DNA of 64,000 bases from Histomonas meleagridis 2922-C6/04-290x. Lineage: Eukaryota > Protista > Parabasalia. The position numbers and the translations under genes were made by a program. Positions 33,937 to 43,622 of this stretch are shown here, piece by piece; position 1 is the stretch's first letter, and every line of letters begins with the position of its first letter. The notes below the pieces were generated by a model that searched no databases, had not been told where the DNA came from, and saw only the letters and a list, made by a program, of their open reading frames with translations. The stretch covers positions 248,001 through 312,000 of the forward strand of contig JAANOX010000117.1 in assembly GCA_020184695.1 (NCBI GenBank), written 5' to 3'.

Positions 33937-35280
33937 TTAATTAACGTTCGCCTGTGGGTTCTTCTGGAGGTTTTCAATTAACGTTCTCAAATAATTTGTT
34001 GCTGCTTGCAATTTTGTATGGGCATAATCGAAAACCGCCGTCAATCCTGACTGTGGAGTGCATTCATTGATGAAATCAGTATAAAGTTGGAGTTCAGGGA
34101 TATGAGCTGCGGCAGTCACACACAAGAAAAGCCCAAAAATGACTTCAAATGCAAGCAAAGAATCTGTTCCTTGATGATAACTATTTGCAGCCTTTTCGAT
34201 GTTTGTTACTGTCATATGTACCTCGTTTAGAGCATCTATTGGGTTTGTAAAGAAAACCAATGATTCTAATGATCGGACACATTTATGATATAACGGATCA
34301 TTTCCAAAAACTTCCGAAACTTTACTGTCCTTTTCGTGCTTGGGACAGTACTCGTCTGGAGGGCATAGGTCAGCGAAGGTGCAATTCATCAAAAATTTGG
34401 AAAGTGGATCAATTGTAGTTAGTCGCTCAACATTAAATGGTTCTCGATTTAGTGGCGACTTCCCAACGGCATAGAGCTTGTCAAAGGCGCATCTGAACAT
34501 GAGCATGACCAAAAGATTGTCATTTCCTTCTTGGCGATATCCGAAATAATCAAGAAGTTGTCGAACAATTTGTACGAGCTGGCGAACAAAAGCATTGGAA
34601 CTCTTGGGTGTATAGCTGTCTATTGCTTCGTTTAGAACAGATGAAAATGGAAAACCATAGAAATCAAATAATACATCAAATTTATCTTGGAGTGGATTAG
34701 CGATTAGAAACGCTGATTCTTTATCGAAGATAGATGATGTAGCTTCAATTATGTTCTTGAAAAGGAATTTCTGGTTTTCAAATGTGGAATATTCTTCTGT
34801 TTGTTTGATAGCTTCGTTTTTGAGCTGAATACGTTTGATTTTAAGTGCAATCTCGTATTTAGATTTTTCGAATGTTTCAGAGAAGAGCTTTTGATGATCT
34901 ATTGAGATGACTAAATCTTCAGATAATATATGAGGTGTAGATAAAAGATTGATAAAGTCAGCAATGCATTGAGAGTATTTTGAAAATTGATCTTGTTGAA
35001 TTCGTTTTAATTCAAGTTTGATAAATTGTGATTTTCGAAAGGCTATTGCACCTCTTCCTGAAAGGTAAGTTGGCTTCGCTTTGGATTTCTGATGTGATGG
35101 ACCCATTAATGTTGTTTGTTCTGTTAAATGCGAGTATAAAAGGTTAATGACATTTTGATGATATCTTTCTTGATAACCAGCTGGAACTTCTGTGTTATTA
35201 TCTGTTTTTACACCAACTATTTTAATGTAGCCCATATAATTTGGGTGATCAACGAGCCATTCAGTGAGTCTTTCGCTCAT
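33937..35280 (-). CDS. Protein with divergent C-terminal VPS9-like (Rab5 GEF) domain
   Basis: C-terminus PIDALNEVH...LLAFEVIFGLF...IPELQLYTDFI...GLTAVFDYAHTKLQAATNYL follows VPS9 helix spacing; the canonical ADD motif is altered. Confidence 0.6.
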   Translation of the reverse strand: MSERLTEWLVDHPNYMGYIKIVGVKTDNNTEVPAGYQERYHQNVINLLYSHLTEQTTLMGPSHQKSKAKPTYLSGRGAIAFRKSQFIKLELKRIQQDQFSKYSQCIADFINLLSTPHILSEDLVISIDHQKLFSETFEKSKYEIALKIKRIQLKNEAIKQTEEYSTFENQKFLFKNIIEATSSIFDKESAFLIANPLQDKFDVLFDFYGFPFSSVLNEAIDSYTPKSSNAFVRQLVQIVRQLLDYFGYRQEGNDNLLVMLMFRCAFDKLYAVGKSPLNREPFNVERLTTIDPLSKFLMNCTFADLCPPDEYCPKHEKDSKVSEVFGNDPLYHKCVRSLESLVFFTNPIDALNEVHMTVTNIEKAANSYHQGTDSLLAFEVIFGLFLCVTAAAHIPELQLYTDFINECTPQSGLTAVFDYAHTKLQAATNYLRTLIENLQKNPQANVN

Positions 35281-35689
35281 GCTGACACTTTATTGCTGGT
35301 TGAGCAATTGATCGGTTGAAACATGTAAAGTTTTCAATTACCAATTTTTGAATAGATTTGTTTGGCCAAACCTAATCAACTTTTGATTCAATTTCAAAAA
35401 TTGCCAAATTAATACACCAATAAGATGATCAAAATGCATTGAAAAATCATTTCCCCTTTCAAACGTTATATGGAATCATGATTTCGTTGTGATGTGTTCA
35501 GAAAACATGCAATAACAGGAAAATAGCTATGAACTTTTATCATAATGAAGCGAATGAACTCTTCGTTATTTTCATCAGAATTATAATGGCAACTATTTTG
35601 AGTAAAGGGGTTTAGGAATTAGAGATGGAAAGCCAGTTAGTCGATTAACGTTCAATATAGGGGTAAGAAATAATGGAGTACCCCAATTT

Positions 35690-35890
35690 TAGAAAAGCTT
35701 TTTTTTGCAAAAGATCTATTTGAAGATTTTTTTGAAAATTATGAAAAACCTTCAAAGAATAATTGGGAACTTCATTAGATATATATTAAAGAAGGACATA
35801 ATCCAAATGAAATTGCGAAAATAATTAGGAATGATAAAATATAAAAACTTCAAAAATATCACGCAAACATTTGAACCTTCATTTTCACAA
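35690..35890 (+). pseudogene. Short relic of the same ankyrin-associated family
   Basis: FFENYEKPSKNNWELH*IYIKEGHNPNEIAKIIRNDKI*KLQ aligns with the 63000-63120 protein segment. Confidence 0.7.
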
Positions 35891-35935
35891 TAAAACAATT
35901 TACGTTTTTATATTTATTTACAAACAAATCTTATT

Positions 35936-38900
35936 TCATCCAATTTCAAAGCTATCACACAAAATTGCTGTTGAAAGCTTTTCTTCCATTTCTTCTTTTG
36001 ATCCATAATTTGGTAAATCCATTGAGTTGAAGCACGTATGTGAAACAGGGAATTTGTTTTGATTAGATATTACATTCAAACAGAATTTTCCGCCATAACT
36101 TTCAAAGCATTTAAATCCTCCAATTGGAATTGTTGGTGAACCTGTTACAAATTTTAACAGCTTTAATAAACTTTGTTTATTCCATTTACTGATAACTTCA
36201 AAGAACATTTTTCGTAATTCTTGTGATGAACAAATAGTATTTTCTTCCCAATCCTTTAAATCAATCTTATTTTCACCAGCAATAATTAAATTTAATTCTT
36301 TGGTATCAAAAATAGAAATGTCACTTTTAGAAATAAACGAGTGAAATCCATTCAAAAATTGTTCGAGTTGAGAATGAACGTTTTTGTCAAATATGAAATT
36401 CAATACTTTACTGATGTAATCATTTTTGTTTTCATCTGTAACATCGATATTTCTTCCATTTTCAATAATTTCTTGATCATTAATTGTAAAATTCAAATAC
36501 AAATCATCAACAGAATTACTTGTCATCCATTTTAATGATTTATAAATTAAAGGATCGATATCTTCAATATCGTTAATTTCATTTTCTTTACCAACAATTA
36601 AGTTTAAAATTGAGTTAACAAAATTTGCATCGATTTTTTGATTTTGTAAAATCGAAAAAGCAACAAATTGACCTGCAAAATAATATAAATCCAAATTATT
36701 GTTGTTTGGGTTTATCATTAATTTGTTTCCATTATTATTTGGAATGAATAAATCTTTTTCCAGAATTGATTTCCATACATTATAAAACCAATCACGTTTT
36801 AATCCACCAGCGTCAATACCATCTTCACATATATAATAAATTTTTATGTGATTTAATATTTCATTTTTTAATGTTGTTTTAAATAATAAAAATGTGTCTT
36901 CAAAGATATCATTTCTAATCATATAAATATCAATTGTTTTGTTTCCAATTTTGTTTAAAAAGTAATCATATTTAACATTAACTTCGATTTCTTCTGGAAA
37001 TAGGATAATAAAAATTAATAATTGCTTTGAAATATATTGTATCTTATTTGCAATTAATTTGCCATATTTTTGTATTACATTGATAAATTGGGGATAATCT
37101 TTGTATGGATTTAAAACAGATTCTTTATTGTATTTTTCATCATCACTTAATTTATCAGAATAATTTGGTAGAATTTGATCAAGAAGTAATACTATAGTTT
37201 CATTTTTAAATTGATTCGAATTAAGATAAACTTCAAGTATTTCACTCCAAAAATCAAATGTTTTTTGTATTTGAAATGTTTTAATATATGTTGTATATAA
37301 ATTAAGCGAATTAGATGATTTTGGAAATGATTGAATAAAAATTTTATCCATAAATTCACAATAATCTGGGAATATTGCTTCTTCTTTTGAAATACTTTTC
37401 ATACATTTATTAAACTCTTCTGCTGAAAAATTGGAAACTATTAAATTATTTTTTATAACTAAAAGTTTTTTATCATCATTAAAAAGCTTTAAATCAAGAA
37501 TTGTATTCATATTAAATAAACATAAACTATTTGGTAATTTTGTGCTTGAACGACCTATAAGATACATTATATAAGGTGAAAGATTTGAAATGCTGGGGAA
37601 AACTTTTGCAAAATATTCATTAGAAAAATCTTTGTCAATTAGTGCACAGAATGTTAATGATAAATCACGATCAAATGTTTTTATAACTTCATTAAATAAT
37701 TCAACATCATGATTCTTAGAGAAAAATTGCGCAAGTGTAAAGAAATTAATAACTTCATCTTTTACATTTCGAATTGGTACATTTGATAAAAAGAAATAAT
37801 CATTTAAAGCTTTGATTGCAATTTTTTGTATTTCATTTGTAAAAACTTTTGGTAATTCTAAGTTAGGAAGTTTCATGTTCGAATTAAAATTATAATCCTT
37901 TAGAACAAATCCATGAAATAAATATTGATTTTTTGGATTAATCGATTTAAAACATTTCCAAAATTTTAATGGATAAAATGAATTTATTTCATCAAGGTTT
38001 ATAAATGAAGAAAAATCAAATCCCTGAAAATCATAAACTTTATCTCCAAGTTTAAATAATTCATTTGGAATAAATGAATGATTTTTTAAATAATATCCAA
38101 AAAATAACGCAAAATTAGGGAATTTTGGTAATAATATTGAAGAATAGTTTTTACATTCTATTATTTTCTTCTCTTGTATAGCTTTAATTAATGAATCAAC
38201 ATCAGATGGAGATTGATTTAAGTTATTATTTTCCAAATATTCATAATCTTCATTGGTAAAAGAAAAAGCTGGACATTGATCAAGAATTTTATCAATAAAT
38301 TTAGAAGGTTTTATTTGATATTTATGATAAAGTTTAATAAGCTTTACATAACATGTATTTTTATTTGTAACTAATTTTAGAAGTAATGGTTCAAATAAAA
38401 TAAATGTTTGTTTATCAATTTTATTTAAAAATTTTTTTAGTTCATTGGGATTAATCTCCGGTTTATTATAATTTCGATAAGGATAATCACATGTAATATT
38501 TCCTTTGGAAGTTAATTGGGATATAAATTTAACATAAACATTATTTATCGGGATTTTTGTTATTAAATCAACTAAATAACAATAATCATAATAATCAATT
38601 GGCTCATTATTAATTATATAAATATTATTACGAAAACATGTTATTATTTTTGCATTTATGCTTTGGATAAAAGCTTCGATTTTACCACTAAGTATGGTTT
38701 TATCTAGTTTGTAGATTTTATGAATGGAAACTAAGATACTAATTATTTGCGGATATGTTTGATAGTTTTGTATCATCATTTCAATTAAAGGTATCAATTT
38801 TGTTGAATACTCATTTGAACAATATTTCATGAAGTAATAAAAAGATGAGTTAAGTGCATAATCAGAAGTTGATTTAATTTGAGGATAAACATAATTGATC

Positions 38901-39019
38901 AATGTAATTGCTTGATTAATATCATTCTTATCAACTTGAAAATCGACAAGCAAATTCAAAAGCTGAGTTAGAGTCATGTTATCAGGTGAATCGAATGAAT
39001 TACTTTGATTTTCCTTCAT
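35936..39019 (-). CDS. HECT-domain E3 ubiquitin ligase
   Basis: IRNDIFEDTF, EDGIDAGGLKRDWF, LLKFVTGS, FPVSHTCFNSMDLPNY..KEEMEEKL..AI (catalytic Cys). ATG at 39019 after Inr TCACTTCATTTTC. Confidence 0.95.
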   Translation of the reverse strand: MKENQSNSFDSPDNMTLTQLLNLLVDFQVDKNDINQAITLINYVYPQIKSTSDYALNSSFYYFMKYCSNEYSTKLIPLIEMMIQNYQTYPQIISILVSIHKIYKLDKTILSGKIEAFIQSINAKIITCFRNNIYIINNEPIDYYDYCYLVDLITKIPINNVYVKFISQLTSKGNITCDYPYRNYNKPEINPNELKKFLNKIDKQTFILFEPLLLKLVTNKNTCYVKLIKLYHKYQIKPSKFIDKILDQCPAFSFTNEDYEYLENNNLNQSPSDVDSLIKAIQEKKIIECKNYSSILLPKFPNFALFFGYYLKNHSFIPNELFKLGDKVYDFQGFDFSSFINLDEINSFYPLKFWKCFKSINPKNQYLFHGFVLKDYNFNSNMKLPNLELPKVFTNEIQKIAIKALNDYFFLSNVPIRNVKDEVINFFTLAQFFSKNHDVELFNEVIKTFDRDLSLTFCALIDKDFSNEYFAKVFPSISNLSPYIMYLIGRSSTKLPNSLCLFNMNTILDLKLFNDDKKLLVIKNNLIVSNFSAEEFNKCMKSISKEEAIFPDYCEFMDKIFIQSFPKSSNSLNLYTTYIKTFQIQKTFDFWSEILEVYLNSNQFKNETIVLLLDQILPNYSDKLSDDEKYNKESVLNPYKDYPQFINVIQKYGKLIANKIQYISKQLLIFIILFPEEIEVNVKYDYFLNKIGNKTIDIYMIRNDIFEDTFLLFKTTLKNEILNHIKIYYICEDGIDAGGLKRDWFYNVWKSILEKDLFIPNNNGNKLMINPNNNNLDLYYFAGQFVAFSILQNQKIDANFVNSILNLIVGKENEINDIEDIDPLIYKSLKWMTSNSVDDLYLNFTINDQEIIENGRNIDVTDENKNDYISKVLNFIFDKNVHSQLEQFLNGFHSFISKSDISIFDTKELNLIIAGENKIDLKDWEENTICSSQELRKMFFEVISKWNKQSLLKLLKFVTGSPTIPIGGFKCFESYGGKFCLNVISNQNKFPVSHTCFNSMDLPNYGSKEEMEEKLSTAILCDSFEIG

Positions 39020-39032
39020 GAAAATGAAGTGA
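39020..39032 (-). promoter_or_regulatory. Tandem Inr-like elements TCACTT/TCATTT before the HECT ATG
   Basis: Trichomonad Inr consensus immediately 5' of the ATG. Confidence 0.55.
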
Positions 39033-39536
39033 TAAAAAAAGGATGCAAAGGCATTCAAATCTAAAATTTTCGTTCAAAATTAAATCATCATTGAAATATT
39101 GAATACATCTCTTTTGGTCGTAAAGGGTGTCAATAAAACAAATTTCTTTTTATATTTACATGCGCGATCATGATTTTGCCAAATCTGTATAATGTTTAAA
39201 CGAGATTTGTGAGATATGTTCTATCATCAAAGAAACATATTGAGTTTTTGGTATGATAATTTCCATATGATACAATTAGAATTTATTCGATCACATCTCA
39301 GAACATATTGCATAAAATGACGTCGTTTTTCCAAAATTAATAAGCTACAAATTTATATACATATAAAACGATATTAAAATTAATTTTTATTGAATTTTGT
39401 TTTAAACAACATAATAGCTATTTATTAGATTTCCCATTTGCATCCAAATTACGAGGTACATTCGTGGAGTAAAGGTTCAATGTGATGAAATAATTCCAAG
39501 TTTTAACATAATATTCGAGAAAAAAAAGAAAAAAAT

Positions 39537-39608
39537 TGGAAGTATGGGGGATTGAACCCCAGGCCTCCACTATGCTAAAGTGGCGCTCTCCCACTGAGCT
39601 ATACTCCC
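39537..39608 (-). tRNA. tRNA-Ala(AGC), identical second copy
   Basis: Reverse complement matches 21285-21356 base for base; T-run terminator follows. Confidence 0.96.
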
Positions 39609-39968
39609 TTCCTGTTATAATATACTAATTATATACACAATGATATTTTATTCTCTTTGGTATATATGATGAAAATTGATTTCATACATGTGTTTAATTT
39701 GCTTATTATGTTCAACATGTACCTCAAAACAAAAGAAATATCTTTACAGAGAACATAAATGAGCACTTCAAAAATTGCTTTTCATGAGCCATTTTCCCAA
39801 AATTTTTTATCCCCTCTACTTTCCATACGATTTGAATCGCAACACAAGTTATCTAGTTTTTTAAACAATATTTTTAACAAACCAATTGAATCTTTTAAAT
39901 GATGTTATAAATTAAAATCAATTTTATCATAAAAATATTAATCACATATTATTTTCCATAAGGGACTA

Positions 39969-41428
39969 GGCTCTTATGCAAAACGCCCTCCATTTTGCGG
40001 TTTTCGAACGATAGGAAATTTGAGGAAAAATAGAAATGCCACATTAGGGCACCCCATCCATCATCCTGACGGCCGGTTTCGATCGTTATCCATTGAAAAA
40101 CTTCGTTTTTCAATGGATAACGATCGAAACCGCTCGCACCTTCGGTGCTCGCATTTTGATACTATATTAATATATATATTTTTGACAGACAAAATATTTG
40201 ACATAACGATAATATTTAAGTTATTAAATAAAATATATAAGATTTATTATAACGGTTATCGATAAAAATTTATTCATATTTTTTGTTTGTAAAGTAGTCA
40301 AAAAGTCGATCATTTTTTTATCGATGCAATTGCAATTCGAAACCATTAAGAAAGTGTTAAAATTAAATGACAAAAGCTTCATCAAATGGGCCTCTGAGCA
40401 GGGAATCATTCCTGATATCCACCAAATTTAAATATGTCCGAAATGTCAATCGTTAATGAAAGTTTATTTCTCACCAAGTTACCCTGATGGTGCTGCATAT
40501 AGATGCTGCTCAAGTAAATGCAGAAATTCAAAATCAATCAGATTAGATTCATGGGTATCACAAGCAAAACTTTCATTAAGGGGATTTGTTCACATTTTGC
40601 CATGTTGGGTAGAAGGTTTTGATATAAGAACTACATCTAAAATCACAGGTGTATGTGAACGATCAGTAATAACATTATTTCAAACTTTTCGATTTATTGC
40701 AGAAAAAGAATATCGAAAAGATATAGCTCAGAATTTACTTGGTGATGGAATAGTCGAAATTGATGAAAGTCATTTTTTCGGTGCTAAATACAACAAAGGA
40801 AGTGCATTGGAAAAAGAAGAAATTTGGGTTTTTGGCGAAATAGACAGTAAAACAATGAGAGTTGTTGCTGAGATTTGCGAAAATAGATCGAGAAAAGTTC
40901 TTATTTAAATTATTTGTTCAACAGTTAGACCTAATTCAGAAATTTGGTCTGATGAATGGAAGGCATATAATACTCTTAGTGATTTAGGTTATGTACACAA
41001 AACAGTAAATCACTCAGAAAATTTTGTAGATCCAATTACTGAGGCAAATACTCAAAAAATAGAATGTACATGGAATCTAATAAAAGGATACCTACTAAAA
41101 AATGGATTTAGAGATAGAAATTATTACGAATCATATATCCATCATGAATGGTGCTTTCGAAGAAATATAGGAAATACATCTGAAAAATGCTGGAAAGCAA
41201 TAATTGGTGAAATTTCTTAATAAACTAATCATAATTTAAAATATTTTTATTTAAAAATGATTTCGAAGTGTATCAGACCCCCCCAATAAGATATTTTGCC
41301 ATTATTCACTTTTTGAAATGACTTTGATCTACTTATCAAAAGTCGAATATTTTTATTGCCATTTTTTTTTCTTTCAAATTTCCTATCGTTCAAAAACCGC
41401 AAAATGGAGGGCGTTTTGCATCCTAACC
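39969..41428 (+). mobile_element. Merlin (IS1016/ISXO2, IS1595-related) DNA transposon, 1,460 bp
   Basis: Ends GG...CC. TIRs GGCTCTTATGCAAAACGCCCTCCATTTTGCGGTTTTCGAACGATAGGAAATTTGA versus GGTTAGGATGCAAAACGCCCTCCATTTTGCGGTTTTTGAACGATAGGAAATTTGA. 8-bp TSD AGGGACTA at 39961-39968 and 41429-41436. Confidence 0.95.
40324..41220 (+). pseudogene. ISXO2-like DDE transposase with two in-frame TAA stops
   Basis: MQLQFETIKK...CPKC...YRCCSSKC (Zn finger), VEIDESHF, IWVFG, IWSDEWKAY, HKTVNHSENFVDP, NTQKIECTW, EWCFRR. The frame is intact over 299 codons apart from two TAA stops. Confidence 0.92.
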
Positions 41429-41795
41429 AGGGACTACACTAGAAATAAACGTTTATAAATAACTTTTCGTCTGATTTTAGTTTAATCCATTATCAATTGA
41501 TGAAATTGTATCGAATGATCAAAAAACAGGGACACCCCGCATAAAAATTTTTTTGACTAAGTACGATTGGAAAATGTTCATCTTTTTCTTGTTAATGTGG
41601 AAACCAAAATTTAAAACGAAACTTAAAAATCTCAATCCTCTATCGGTAAAAACATATTTAATTATTTATTGACGCACAATTATTGATAATTACTTCAGAA
41701 CAAAAGCATAAAAAAAACTTTGAGCTTATCAAAAATCCCATCACCTCATAGATTGACGGTTCGAATCAAAAAGTTGACAAATTGACAAATTTTTC

Positions 41796-42206
41796 ATGTC
41801 CGAATCCAGGCAAAACAAACTTGGTTCGCTACAGAAATCAAATAAGGCAAAGGAAAAGCGCAAAAATATCAAGTTTTTTGACTCTGCTGAATACGTAATG
41901 AATCATGGAAATGAATCAATTGAATTACCGACAACAGTTCTTGAATGTAAAATGCCTAAGGATCCAACAGATTCACCTCTGTCCCTTGCAGGGAATCGTG
42001 GAAATTTTGGTAATCTTGAAATTAACGCAAATGCAAGAACAAAGAGAGAACACATAAAACTATTCGATTCTGCTAGTTGGATGATGGAGAGAGAATCAAA
42101 TAGTGATGGTGTTCATAATGAAGAGCAAAGAGTCGTACCAACAAGTTCATATATCAATTCTCAACTTGTTGAAGTGCCAGGTCCATCTATGCTTAGTGTT
42201 GATTAG
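41796..42206 (+). CDS. Endosulfine/ARPP-19-like small protein with two FDS motifs
   Basis: IKFFDSAEYVM and IKLFDSASWMM resemble the endosulfine KYFDSGDY/FFDSADW motif; small hydrophilic protein. Confidence 0.6.
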   Translation: MSESRQNKLGSLQKSNKAKEKRKNIKFFDSAEYVMNHGNESIELPTTVLECKMPKDPTDSPLSLAGNRGNFGNLEINANARTKREHIKLFDSASWMMERESNSDGVHNEEQRVVPTSSYINSQLVEVPGPSMLSVD

Positions 42207-42548
42207 ATGCGAATGTGCGGGATGTAAATTTTTTCATAAATTTATCTTCTGGAATTTAATTTTTTTAAATTCTATTAAATATCTTTCCCCCGATAATCAC
42301 CGATGATTTCAGTAACTTCGTGTCACAATGAGCACTCATCTTTTCTAAAATTCCAATAATCAGATTTTTTTATCCAATCTCATTTATTAGGGACCTAGAT
42401 GATTTCCATCAATAGTAAGCAATTGTTACGAATCTTTAAGCATTGTGATATCAAGAATGTGATTTTTAGCAAATTCTAGCAGGCGTATCCATGCATAACA
42501 TTTTGAATATAATTCCGATCAAAACCGTTACTCATTTTGTGGGGGTAA

Positions 42549-43214
42549 ATGAAAGGAAAAGTTGAAGATTACGTGGTAAAAGTTTGTGTCGTTGGAAATA
42601 ATGCAGTTGGTAAAACTTCTTTAGTGGGTACTTATAAGACTGGGGAATTCCCTAATCCTTTTGACCCAGAAATGTTATGTCGTGATGTATATGACTTTGC
42701 TGCTCAAAAGCAAATAATTGAGAAAAAGAAAAAATATAAACTAAACATTAAGGATGTGAATGATGGAGCTGAAGAATATTGGACAATAAGGCCTCTTAAT
42801 TATCCAAATACTGGCGTTTTTCTTGTTTGCTTTTCTCTTGTAGATCCAAGGTCATTCGAAAGAGTATCAAGCTTTTGGGTTCCAGAGGTAAAAAAATATT
42901 GTCCTGAAGTACCTATTCTTTTGGTTGGAACGAAATCCGATCTCAGAGACGAACCAAATCCTAACGACGAATTTTTTCATGGAATTGTTTCTTCAGAAGA
43001 TGGGGAATTAAAGGCAAATGAAATTGGAGCTGCTGCTTATATCGAGTGTTCTTCCAAAACAAATTATCATTTGGATAGAATTTTGAAACTTACAATCAAA
43101 TGTTACTTAAAATTTAAAAAAAAAATGAAAAGAAAACAGAAGAAAAAGAAGTTTGTAAAATTTTTTAACCTCATGAATACAATAAAAAACATGTTTTCTT
43201 TGATAAGTCTGTAG
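42549..43214 (+). CDS. Divergent Rho/Rac-family small GTPase
   Basis: KVCVVGNNAVGKT, IRPLNYPNTGVFLVCFSL, WVPEVKKYCPEVPILLVGTKSDLR, YIECSSKT. Confidence 0.9.
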   Translation: MKGKVEDYVVKVCVVGNNAVGKTSLVGTYKTGEFPNPFDPEMLCRDVYDFAAQKQIIEKKKKYKLNIKDVNDGAEEYWTIRPLNYPNTGVFLVCFSLVDPRSFERVSSFWVPEVKKYCPEVPILLVGTKSDLRDEPNPNDEFFHGIVSSEDGELKANEIGAAAYIECSSKTNYHLDRILKLTIKCYLKFKKKMKRKQKKKKFVKFFNLMNTIKNMFSLISL

Positions 43215-43622
43215 ATGATACCAAAAGGAAAGCACTATTAGTAAATGTATGTGAACTAATTATGGCTTTATTTATCAATTTTTTCCCAATGATTGCATTA
43301 CATTTTAAATAAAGCGTCATAAAATGGACAGTAAATTCACACATGTCGGCAATTTTTTATGTATACTTTTCTCATTAGATAAGATTTGATTATAACTAAA
43401 ATAAGATAATTATTCATTAAATTTTTATTAAAATTTTAAAGTTGATTTGAAACATTTTGAGATTGCATTTATATGCATGAAACAAAATCATAGCCTTGGA
43501 ATCAACAGTGTTCGTTTTCCAGGAAATGTTTGTTCCTAAGTTAATTCACCTTTACAATTGTAAAATCTTTTAAATACATTTTACGGTTAGATCAATCCAA
43601 GTACCTCACCACGGCATTTTTC

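Noticed and set aside
21285-39608. Two identical tRNA-Ala genes in inverted orientation as ends of an 18-kb element or inversion
   Set aside because: Identity stops at the mature tRNA boundaries and there is no TSD; ordinary multicopy tRNA genes.
39746-39752. ACAGAGA box resembling U6 snRNA
   Set aside because: Downstream AGC triad and ISL sequence are absent.
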